Assembly: GCA_963708075.1 (NCBI GenBank)
Contig: OY970194.1
Coordinates: forward strand, 7,392,001 to 7,456,000
Direction of reading: 5' to 3'
Origin: Sedimentisphaerales bacterium
Lineage (GTDB): Bacteria > Planctomycetota > Phycisphaerae > Sedimentisphaerales > Anaerobacaceae
Length of the DNA stretch: 64,000 nucleotides
How positions within the stretch are numbered: the first letter of the stretch is position 1; each line of letters opens with the position of its first letter. The notes beneath the pieces were generated by a model that was given only the letters and a program-made list of their open reading frames with translations, was not told the DNA's origin and searched no databases. A program made the translations under genes and the position numbers. Shown here piece after piece: positions 52,397 to 61,417 of the stretch.

Positions 52397-55300
52397 ATGG
52401 GTAAGAGACTTGCGACAGTGACAATGGGGATGCTGCTCGTCGGGCTCATCGGCCCGGCGGCTATCGGCCAGGGCGATCCAAGCCTGATGGGTTGGTGGAA
52501 GTTCGACGGCGATGCGCTGGATTCCTCCGGCAACAATCGCAGCGGGACGCTGGTCGGCGACGCCGCGTACCGGCCGGGCCTGTTCGGCCAGGCACTCATG
52601 CTGGATGGCACCGGGGACTTCGTTAACATCACCGGCTACAAGGGGATCCTGGGCGCTAATCCCTTCAGTGTTTCGCTGTGGGTCAACACGACCAGTAGCG
52701 GCGGCACGATGGTCAACTGGGGGGCCCAAGTGAATAATCAGCGCGTGGACTTGCGCCTGGACCAGAGCCGGCTCCGCATCGAGACCGGCGGCGGAAACCT
52801 GCAGGGCAAGACTGTGCTGAACGACGGTCTATGGCACCACGTAGTGCTGACGGTCGCGGCAGGGGCTTCCATCTCCTATCCGGAGGTCGTTCTCTATCTG
52901 GACGGCAAGGATGACAGCCAGACCACGACAGACCCTGACAAGTTCAATATCACGGCCAACGTGGATCTCACGTTGGGCCGTCGCCAGACGAACACCGACC
53001 GGGCGATCCCCGCTCTGATCGATGATGTCCGTATCTATGACAGAGTCCTGACGGCCGCCGAGGTCCAGACGCTGTCGCTGTTGCCCAAAGCCATGGTTCC
53101 GAACCCCGCCGACAAGGCGCAGGGCGTGGCTATCCCCGTACTCACATGGAAACCTCGTCAAACGGCGGTGTGGCACGATGTGTATCTGGGCACGAGTCCA
53201 GAACTTGGGCCGGCCGACCTGGTTGCGTCGCATCAGCGCGATCCGAGCTACTTGCATATCGCCGGGATGATTCCCGGGACAACGTATTACTGGAAGGTCG
53301 ATGAGATCGAACTCGATGGAACGGTGTATCCCGGTGATGTGTGGAGCTTTACGTTTGCCTCGTTCCAGGCGTGGAAGCCGGTGCCGGCGGATGGCGAGCC
53401 GTGTACGGACCCGAACCTGACGCTCACCTGGATGTCAGGGCTGACCGGCATCTCTCACGACTTGTACTTCGGCACCGACCAGACGGCCGTAGCTGACGGG
53501 ACCGGAGATACCTCCAAAGGCAACCTGCCGCTCCCGAACTATGCTACCGGCCTGCTGCAGTCAGGCACGACCTACTATTGGCGGGTCGATGAGGTCAATA
53601 GCGCAGGAGGCAAGATCAAAGGTCCCGTCTGGACGTTCACGACACTGCCGGTCATCCCCATCAACGATCCGAATCTGATGGGATGGTGGACATTCGATGA
53701 GGGACGGGGCAGCCGCGTGGTTGACTGGTCGGGTCACGGCCGCCACGGCACACTCCATGGAGCACCGGCATGGGTAGACGGTTATGATGCAGGCGCGATG
53801 GCCTTTCACGGGCCGCTGTCCGGGGATTACGTCGAGATCGCCGGCTATCCCGGCATCCTGGGCAAGCACGATCGCACCGTCGCCGCCTGGATTCAGACGA
53901 CCACAACCGGTGACATCATGGGCTGGGGCCTGGGAACCGACACGCAGAAGTGGACCCTCCGTGTGCAGACGGACAACGGCAACCCGGGGAGTCTTCGCCT
54001 GGAAGTCCAGGGCGGACGCATTTGCGGCTGGACGGACCTGCGCGATGGGGAATGGCACCATGTGGCTGCCGTGCTGGAAAGCACCGGGGCGCCCACGATT
54101 GCGAACATCAGGCTTTACGTGGATGGCGTACAGGAAGCGATCAGCGACTCGCTGGTCGGAGACGTCAACACGGTCCCCGGCACGCGGAGCGTACGGATCG
54201 GCGACGCCCACCAGCTCCGCCCGATGCTGGGGCCGCTCGACGATGTCCGGATCTATGATAAGGCGCTGACCCAGGAAGAGTTGGATGCGGTCATGAGAAT
54301 CGACCCGCTGCGCGCCTGGCGGCCCTACCCAGTCACCGGCTCAATCATGGACATTCGAGTGGCGACGCCGCTCACGTGGACGGCCGGCGACAGTGCGTCC
54401 AAGCACGATGTCTACCTCGGTACGGATGCTGCGGCGGTGGCGGCTGCGGCCAACTCCGATACAACCGGGATCTACCAGGAGCAGACCGGCGCAACCAGCT
54501 TCACTCCCGCTACGGCGATTGTGTGGGGACAGAAGTATTTCTGGCGCGTCGATGAGATCAACGCCGACGGCACCGTGACCAAAGGAACGGTCTGGAGCTT
54601 CAGCATCGCGGACTATCTGATCGTCGATGACTTGGAGAGCTACACGAACGATAGTCCTGACCGGGTCTTCCAGACGTGGATCGACGGCATAGGCTTCTCA
54701 GCAGACGAGTTCTTCCCGCAGGATAATCCGGGCAACGGCAGCAATGCCGCCGCCGGCTACGACATCTGGACCCCTACCAGCCCGTACTACAATGGGCGAA
54801 TCATGGAGCGGGCGAACGTCTACAGCGGCTCACAGGCGATGCCGATGGATTACAACAACACCTTGTCCCCGTATTACTCCGAGGTCGAGCGAACGTGGGC
54901 GACGCCGCAGAACTGGCTGTTCAACGACGTCAACACGCTCGTGCTGCACTTCCGCGGCCGGCCGGCGAGCTACACAGAGGTAGCGCCTGATCATATCATC
55001 ATGAGCGCCGCCGGCTGGGACATCTGGCACAGCGCCGCATTGGATCGGTTCGATGAGTTCCGTTTCGTGTACAAGCGCCTCACCGGCGACGGCACGATCA
55101 TCGCTCGCGTGGACAGCATCGACAACACCAACGTATGGGCGAAGGGCGGCGTGATGATCCGTGAGAGTCTCGACTGGGGCTCTCGGCATGCGTCGGTCTT
55201 CGTCACCCCCGGCCAGGGCGTGGCCTTCCAGCGACGCTTGACGGCCAATGATGCCGGTCTGAGCACTCAACAGGCAGGCGTCGTGGCGCCAATGTGGGTC

Positions 55301-55828
55301 AAGCTGACCCGCACGGGTGATCTGGTCACCGCCCAGCACTCGGTCGACGGCAAGACGTGGAGCGATGTCGTCAACGCGACCAATCCGACGTCCGACACGG
55401 TGGTGATGGGCGGAACCATCTACATCGGCCTGGCGCTGACCAGCCATGCTGCGAACGTCGCCTGCACCGCAGAATTCTCCGGAATCCAGACGACCGGCAA
55501 TGTCACCGGCTCCTGGCAGATGGCGGAGATCGGCGTCGATCATCCGGACAACTCGCCCGGTCCCCTCTACGTGGTTGTCCAGGACGCTTCCAAGACCGCC
55601 GTCGTGACCCATCCGGATCCCGAAGCGGCGTTGCAGGCCGAATGGCAGCAATGGACGGTGGACATGGCACAACTGAAGTCGGCAGGCGTGAACCTCAAGG
55701 CGGTCAAGAAGATGCTCATTGGCGTGGGCGACCGGAGCAAGGCCCAACTCGACGGCGCGGGCCGGATCTACATCGACGACATCCGGCTCACCAAGGGCGT
55801 CCCCGTCGAGCCGAACGCCGTGCCGTAG
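52397..55828 (+). CDS. Secreted modular protein with 2 LamG domains, 3 Fn3/Ig repeats and the C-terminal domain with ConA-like insert
   Basis: Tandem paralog of 49458; same signal peptide and same GVPVEPNAVP tail. Confidence 0.88.
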   Translation: MGKRLATVTMGMLLVGLIGPAAIGQGDPSLMGWWKFDGDALDSSGNNRSGTLVGDAAYRPGLFGQALMLDGTGDFVNITGYKGILGANPFSVSLWVNTTSSGGTMVNWGAQVNNQRVDLRLDQSRLRIETGGGNLQGKTVLNDGLWHHVVLTVAAGASISYPEVVLYLDGKDDSQTTTDPDKFNITANVDLTLGRRQTNTDRAIPALIDDVRIYDRVLTAAEVQTLSLLPKAMVPNPADKAQGVAIPVLTWKPRQTAVWHDVYLGTSPELGPADLVASHQRDPSYLHIAGMIPGTTYYWKVDEIELDGTVYPGDVWSFTFASFQAWKPVPADGEPCTDPNLTLTWMSGLTGISHDLYFGTDQTAVADGTGDTSKGNLPLPNYATGLLQSGTTYYWRVDEVNSAGGKIKGPVWTFTTLPVIPINDPNLMGWWTFDEGRGSRVVDWSGHGRHGTLHGAPAWVDGYDAGAMAFHGPLSGDYVEIAGYPGILGKHDRTVAAWIQTTTTGDIMGWGLGTDTQKWTLRVQTDNGNPGSLRLEVQGGRICGWTDLRDGEWHHVAAVLESTGAPTIANIRLYVDGVQEAISDSLVGDVNTVPGTRSVRIGDAHQLRPMLGPLDDVRIYDKALTQEELDAVMRIDPLRAWRPYPVTGSIMDIRVATPLTWTAGDSASKHDVYLGTDAAAVAAAANSDTTGIYQEQTGATSFTPATAIVWGQKYFWRVDEINADGTVTKGTVWSFSIADYLIVDDLESYTNDSPDRVFQTWIDGIGFSADEFFPQDNPGNGSNAAAGYDIWTPTSPYYNGRIMERANVYSGSQAMPMDYNNTLSPYYSEVERTWATPQNWLFNDVNTLVLHFRGRPASYTEVAPDHIIMSAAGWDIWHSAALDRFDEFRFVYKRLTGDGTIIARVDSIDNTNVWAKGGVMIRESLDWGSRHASVFVTPGQGVAFQRRLTANDAGLSTQQAGVVAPMWVKLTRTGDLVTAQHSVDGKTWSDVVNATNPTSDTVVMGGTIYIGLALTSHAANVACTAEFSGIQTTGNVTGSWQMAEIGVDHPDNSPGPLYVVVQDASKTAVVTHPDPEAALQAEWQQWTVDMAQLKSAGVNLKAVKKMLIGVGDRSKAQLDGAGRIYIDDIRLTKGVPVEPNAVP

Positions 55829-55868
55829 ACTGCTCGGCCCGACCCGGGCAGCACATAGTTGTAGAACG

Positions 55869-55905
55869 AGGCCCCGGCAGAGAGTCGCCGGGGCCTTGGT
55901 TTTTT
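55869..55905 (+). terminator. Rho-independent terminator
   Basis: AGGCCCCGGC..GCCGGGGCCT then TGGTTTTTT. Confidence 0.7.
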
Positions 55906-55942
55906 GCAGGGCTTCCGAATCATCATGGCTTCTCGGATCATC

Positions 55943-55980
55943 AAAAAAAGGAGGGCCGGGTATGGATGGTCCCGGCCCTC
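55943..55980 (-). terminator. Rho-independent terminator of anti-sigma 3
   Basis: GAGGGCCGGG..CCCGGCCCTC followed by T7 on the minus strand. Confidence 0.7.
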
Positions 55981-56006
55981 AGGAGAATCACCACGCGCTC
56001 ATGTGG

Positions 56007-57416
56007 CTATTTTGGCAAGTTCTTTTCGAGATCAGCCAGTTTCTCCGGGGAGACCGTCTCCGTGCGCAGATCGCCGAAGATGACTTGGTATTCGTTATCT
56101 GAGACCTTCCACCGCATCAGGACCTTCTCCGCGTCTTTCGGGGTTACGGTCTTTCCATAGTATGCGCGATCCTTCTTGTACCACTGGAGCCTCATGTAGA
56201 ACAGATCGAGCCCCCGTATGGGCATCAGGAAATCCACAAGTTTGTTGCCTATCTCTTTGTCCGTAAGCCCTTTCATCTCCTCCTTGAATCGCAGGGCGGC
56301 GGGGGTTTCACTCTTTTCTGCTAACCGTAGAACTGTGTCACCGACATCAGCGAAATCGGCTTCAATGGGGCTTTTCTCTGGATACTTGCCGAGCAACTCG
56401 CCCCATACCTTTAGACCCTGGATGGCGGTCTCCTCCGTGATGTGGGCGGGATACTTGATCACTATACCGGTATAGTCATCGGGTATGACCGGCTCAAAGT
56501 CGGCCGCCGCAACGGGGACATCCCACTGGAACTCGTGCACCACAAAGTGCTCGTACTTCTTCTTGTTTTCCCTCTGGTAAAAGAGAACACACGTGAAATC
56601 GTATCGCACAGGCAACTGTGTCTTCGCATCCACCCATATCTTCCAGTCGCCCTGTACTTCAGATTCTCCCCGATTAATTCTGATTCCATGGTTGGGATCC
56701 GTCGTCCGGAACCCTTCGACTTCGATGCCGTCAATCGTTGACCTGCCCAGGCTCTCGTGTTTGCATTCCAGCATTCGTTTGACCAGCCTGTCCGGACTGT
56801 CCTGAAACTGTTCAGCCCAACGATCGTCAAATTCTGTGCGCCGGTACTTCTTCTGCTTTGGCTCGATGCTAATCAGGGTCCTCTTAGCTGGCAAATAATA
56901 GGATTCGTCGGTCTTGCTCCATCCGCCAGTGGGGTCGAGTTCTTCACCGGTTACTTTCCGGCCATATTCTTGTGATACCAAAGAGGTGTAGTGTTCTTCT
57001 TTGAAATTGTACGGTTTGTTAGGATCCTCGCCGGTCACCTTCGTACTCCAGAATTGCGCACTCGTTGTGGACCTGTAGGCCTTGACCTGTTCGATGCGGG
57101 CCAGCACGTCCGCCAGGGCAATCCCTGACCCGGTGGTCTTCCAGAGAGATAGACCGATCAAACACGCGATCATAACAGCCGCGGCGACGGCAAGTGTGGC
57201 TATTCGACGTTTCATGATCATACTCCCTAATGCTGCGATGCGAATCGACTTCGGTGTGTTCGTAGATCCATCTGGCGCACCGGCTGTGAACTCTCTTGCG
57301 GAGCGTTCTCGTAGCTGTTTCATAAACTCCTGGTCAGGTGCGACTGCTTGTCTGTCCATCGCAGACAGCAACGAAGTGAAGTTTTCATCTGAGTCTTTGT
57401 TCTTACGCATTCTCAT
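56007..57416 (-). CDS. Anti-sigma factor 3 (cytoplasmic N-domain, TM, LolA-like domain, conserved C-terminal domain)
   Basis: ATGA overlap with the sigma gene; TM followed by GSGIALADVLARIEQV. Confidence 0.8.
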   Translation of the reverse strand: MRMRKNKDSDENFTSLLSAMDRQAVAPDQEFMKQLRERSAREFTAGAPDGSTNTPKSIRIAALGSMIMKRRIATLAVAAAVMIACLIGLSLWKTTGSGIALADVLARIEQVKAYRSTTSAQFWSTKVTGEDPNKPYNFKEEHYTSLVSQEYGRKVTGEELDPTGGWSKTDESYYLPAKRTLISIEPKQKKYRRTEFDDRWAEQFQDSPDRLVKRMLECKHESLGRSTIDGIEVEGFRTTDPNHGIRINRGESEVQGDWKIWVDAKTQLPVRYDFTCVLFYQRENKKKYEHFVVHEFQWDVPVAAADFEPVIPDDYTGIVIKYPAHITEETAIQGLKVWGELLGKYPEKSPIEADFADVGDTVLRLAEKSETPAALRFKEEMKGLTDKEIGNKLVDFLMPIRGLDLFYMRLQWYKKDRAYYGKTVTPKDAEKVLMRWKVSDNEYQVIFGDLRTETVSPEKLADLEKNLPK

Positions 57417-58027
57417 AATGCCACCTCTTGCATCCCGGACGCACGATGAGTCAGCCGCTCAAAAACTCCACGAAAGGCCTTTCTTGCTCGAGCCAACTTT
57501 GACCGGACCGCTATGGATGAGCCATTGACCTGATCTGCAATCTCTTGGACCGCAGCGCCGTCAACGTACTTTGCCATCAATAGTACCTGATATTCTGCCG
57601 GCAGCTCTTCGATGGTGCATCTGACCAGCTCTGCCAGTTCACGGGATTCGAGCACCTCGGCTGGCGGCTTTTCAACGCCCTGGAGCCAATCGTCCTTCTG
57701 GCCATTCAGAGACGTCCACCACGTTTGGGCCTGGACGAGCGCCGATCTTTGCCGACATTTTCGGTAGTGTAGAGCTACCTGGCGTTTTGCTATCGTCCAA
57801 AGCCAGACCCACAGGCTGCCGCGCCGAGGATTGAAGTTGCCCGCTGAGCGTGCCGCCGCCAGGAATGTCTCCTGCACGATATCGGCGACAGACGCTGGGT
57901 CACCGCCCATCAGCCGGGCGACATTGCGCCAGACCTTCTCTGCATACAGGTCGTACAGCGTCAACCAGGCATCGCGATTGCCTTGTCGCAGGCCCTCGGC
58001 GATTTCCGTCTCGGTCTGCTTATCCAT
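57413..58027 (-). CDS. ECF sigma factor 3
   Basis: DIVQETFLAAARS, WLWTIA and region 4 HTH. Confidence 0.92.
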   Translation of the reverse strand: MDKQTETEIAEGLRQGNRDAWLTLYDLYAEKVWRNVARLMGGDPASVADIVQETFLAAARSAGNFNPRRGSLWVWLWTIAKRQVALHYRKCRQRSALVQAQTWWTSLNGQKDDWLQGVEKPPAEVLESRELAELVRCTIEELPAEYQVLLMAKYVDGAAVQEIADQVNGSSIAVRSKLARARKAFRGVFERLTHRASGMQEVAL

Positions 58028-58155
58028 ATCTGTCAGCTTTCAGTCACTTTCTTGAACCATCGACGGCTCGGTCTTCATCGTATAGTTTGCGCACCACCTG
58101 AAAAATGTGTCGAGGAAAATGCCAATCGTGGCAGCAGCGCAAAAAAAGGCCGGGC

Positions 58156-59305
58156 TAAGTAGGTAGCCAAAAGTCTTCACACAAAAGCCTTGAGCCAGAA
58201 ATCCGCCGACAAGACACCGGCTTTGCGGAGGCCCTGGGTCGCAGTTAGTCCCAAGAGCCACTGTTCCGCGTAGGCCGCCTCATCATCAATCGTTTGGAAC
58301 TGGCGATTGGCCGCAATCAACCGTTTCAACTCCTTCCAGAGATGATCCTGAGAGTTCAGTTCCGGGCACTGCTTCGGCAACCACAAGAGGGTCACCTCCA
58401 AGTGGGTGGCCAGTCGTTGGCTTTTGATCGCCTGATGAAAAGAGGCCTTGTCCAGCAACAGCCAAATCGGGCGTCCGGGATACCGTCGCCGCAACTCCCG
58501 CAGGAAGGCTTGAAAGTCCTCTTGCCGCTGGCGGGGCCGACGCAGGACCACCCGGTGTCCGGTTCGTGGATTGATCGTGCCGAACAGAACCCGTTTGTCG
58601 TTTTGACCCGTGATCTTGACCTGCGCCTGTTCGCCGCGAAACGCCCACACATAGCGCAAGGGCGGAAACCAGCGGAGGATGGTCGCATCCGAAAACAACA
58701 GCACCGCCAGCGCCGGCATCCGTTTCAGGCGGCGAACCAGGCCCCCTTTTTCTGGGCTCGGTTCGGGTCCTTGGTCGCATAGACATACCGGGGACGTTTC
58801 CACCGCAGATCCAAGTCCCGCATCCGCCGCCGCAGGGTACGAGGCGAGATTGCACACCCGTACCTTTGCTGGAGGTGATCTGCCAGCAAGGACACCGTCC
58901 AACCCGTGGCGCGATAGCCCAAACGCATCGGGTCCCGGCGGAACTCGCGTACCAGACGGGCGTCCGTGATCGGCGTGGCGACCGGAGGCCGTCCGGAACG
59001 CGGTGCGTCCTGCAGGCGGTCTGGACAATGGGTGTGCAGATAGGCCCGCACCCAGCGATAGACGCTCCACGGCCGGGTCCCGGTGATCTGCGCTGCTTCC
59101 GGAACCGTCCGACCCTGGGCCACCAACAGGATCGCTCCGATACGCCGGTAGGTGCGAATGTCAGCGACCCCCTGTAAGGCCCGCGTAAGACGATGTTTAT
59201 CATATCGATCGAAACCACGTTCTGAGGCGCTCTTCGTTCTTCGCATGTACCCCATCATACACGCGAAGAGAATCGTTCCTGTGAAAACTTTTGGCTACCT
59301 ACTTA
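58156..59305 (-). mobile_element. IS630 family A copy 2 (transposase 58177-59258, two frames)
   Basis: Same IRs and length as 20300-21449; target GGGC-TA-GATA (CTAG). Confidence 0.95.
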
Positions 59306-59346
59306 GATATGCCCGGCCTTGGTCACAGATGCACAAGACAGTCAAC

Positions 59347-60680
59347 CTACTTGGGCAGGGCCTTTTCGAGCTCGGCCAGTCTCTCCGGGGAGACCGTCTC
59401 GGCGTGCAGATCGCCGAAGATGACACGGTACTCCTTGTCGGAGACCTTCCACCGCATCAGGACCTTATCCGCGTCTTTCGGGGTCACGGTCTTTCCATAA
59501 TACGCGGGGTCCTTCCCGTCCTGCGCGAGCATATCGTAGAACCTACCGAGTCCCCGTATGGGCATCCAGAAATCCACAAGTTTGTTGTCTATCTGTTCGT
59601 CTGTAAACCCTTTTATCTCTTCCTTCAATCGCATGGCTGCGGGGGTTTCGCTCGTTTCTGCTAACCGTAGAACTGTTTTCCCATCGATATCGATGATATT
59701 CTCTGGATACTTGCCGAGCAATTCGACAAGTACCTTTAGACCCTGGATGACGGTCTCCTCAGTGATGTGGGCGGGATACTTGACCACCCTACCTGTATAG
59801 TCATCTGGTATGACGGGCTCAAATTCGGCCGCATCAACGGGGATATCCCACTGGAAATCGTGCATCACAATGTGCCCGCGCTCGATAATCTTGGTTCCCA
59901 TCTGGTCAAAGTTAGGCCATGTGAAATCGTATCGCACAAGCAACCGTGTCTTCGCATCCACCCATACCTTGGCATCGATTTGAATTCCACCTCCAATTAG
60001 AAAGAAGTAGGGGTCGGTGGTTTGAAACCCTTCGACCTCAATGCCGTCAATGGTTGCTCTGCCCAAGCTCTCGTATTTGCATTCCAGGATTGCTTTGAGA
60101 TACGTGCGAGGATCGTTCATCTGCCACAGACGTTCAGCGGTAACATCGTCAAATTCTACGCGCCAGTACTTCTTCTGCTTGGGCGTGATTCTAATAATGG
60201 TCTTCTTATCTGGGAAAGTATAGGCTTCTGAGAACCGTGCTCTCTCCGCCCTTGGGGTCGAGGCTTTCAGTTCTACTTTTCTTGCCATATTCTTGTGATA
60301 CCAAAGTGGTGACGTGTGATTCTGAACTGTAAGGCTTGTTCGGATCCTCGCCGGTTATCTTCACGTTCCATTGGTACCTGAAGGCCTTGACCTGCTCAAC
60401 GCGGGCGAGCACGTCCGCTAAGGCGATCCCTGAGCCGGTGGTCCGCCAGAAAGATAGGCCGATCACACACGCGATTACGACAGCCGCCACGGCGGCAAGT
60501 CTGGTCGTTGGACTCTTCATAACGAATCTCCACGTACTCGGCCCTCGCTGCGCCGATTTGCGTTCTACTGTCCTTGTGTACGCTGTCTTGATCGTCTCGA
60601 AGACAGCATCGTCAGGGGCGGCGTTGGCTTGCACCGCCGCACTGTTGAACAATCGCCTCATCTTGTCTGCGGGTTCTCAT
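59347..60680 (-). CDS. Anti-sigma factor 2, broken by two +1 frameshifts (near 60675 and 60233)
   Basis: Corrected start MRPADKMRRLF matches paralog MNPADDIRKLF; LDPKGGEST joins SEAYTFPDKK as in the 56007 paralog. Confidence 0.8.
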
Positions 60681-61222
60681 TCTTCTACCTCACTATTGAG
60701 CAATGACCGCAGTTTCTCCATGCCGTACCGGTATCGGCCTTGCACCGTATTGATCGATGCATTCTGAATTCTGGCAATCTGTCGAAATTCCAGGCCCCCT
60801 TCAAACCGCAGCGTCACGACTTCCCGCTGCTCCACGGGCAGTCCCACCATCGCCTTGCTGATCCGCTGCATCTGTTCATTCACGACGGCCCATTGATCGG
60901 GAGAACTGACCCGGGTCGTCTCTATCGCTGCCCCGTCGAGTTGGGCCGTTTGGTGACGTTGACTGTCGCGTCTGAGGGTGCGAATCCGGTTCATTAGACA
61001 CGTGATCAGGAAGTTCTTCAGATTCCCGTGATCGCTGATCCTGTCGTAGGACTCGGCCAGCTTGAGGAACACATCCTGAACCACGTCCTCGGATTGACAG
61101 GCATCTCCCGTCAGGAGGATCGCCAATTTGAGCAGGTCCAGCTTGTACTTGTCATAGATCTGGCGCAGAGCATCGACATTGCCCCGGTGAAGTCTCCAGA
61201 TAAGCCGCTTATCGTGCAACAT
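60677..61222 (-). CDS. ECF sigma factor 2
   Basis: SEDVVQDVF and TVQGRYRYGMEKLRSLL; MLHDKRLI start matches paralog MIEDKLLI. Confidence 0.92.
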   Translation of the reverse strand: MLHDKRLIWRLHRGNVDALRQIYDKYKLDLLKLAILLTGDACQSEDVVQDVFLKLAESYDRISDHGNLKNFLITCLMNRIRTLRRDSQRHQTAQLDGAAIETTRVSSPDQWAVVNEQMQRISKAMVGLPVEQREVVTLRFEGGLEFRQIARIQNASINTVQGRYRYGMEKLRSLLNSEVEE

Positions 61223-61256
61223 GGCGCCCAACCTGCTCAAGAATCGCGATCCTTTG

Positions 61257-61291
61257 CCCTATTACACTCCGAAACAGGGCAGTTGCGTATA
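61257..61291 (-). promoter_or_regulatory. Putative ECF autoregulatory promoter
   Basis: TATACGCAAC-N14-GTGTAATAGGG; same motif and spacing at 63323-63357. Confidence 0.65.
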
Positions 61292-61361
61292 GGAGAGACA
61301 AGAAAATCTGTACAAATCAGGGAGGAAACAGAACCTGCAGGTCTCGCAAGGGGGCCGGCGC

Positions 61362-61390
61362 AAAGAAAAGGGCCGGGGTGCCCCGGCCCT
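61362..61390 (-). terminator. Rho-independent terminator of anti-sigma 1
   Basis: AGGGCCGGGG..CCCCGGCCCT then TTTCTTT on the minus strand. Confidence 0.65.
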
Positions 61391-61417
61391 CAGGAGGATT
61401 GTCATGTGTTCAGGTGG

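Noticed and set aside
20300..59305. Composite transposon bounded by the two IS630-A copies
   Set aside because: Copy 2 has both arms of one terminator on its two sides, showing it inserted independently
28883..60678. Dnd phosphorothioate motif GAAC/GTTC as the cause of the recurrent frameshifts
   Set aside because: GAAC appears only in the frameshifted reading; the frame-restoring sequence is GAGACC, and many other GAAC sites are unaffected
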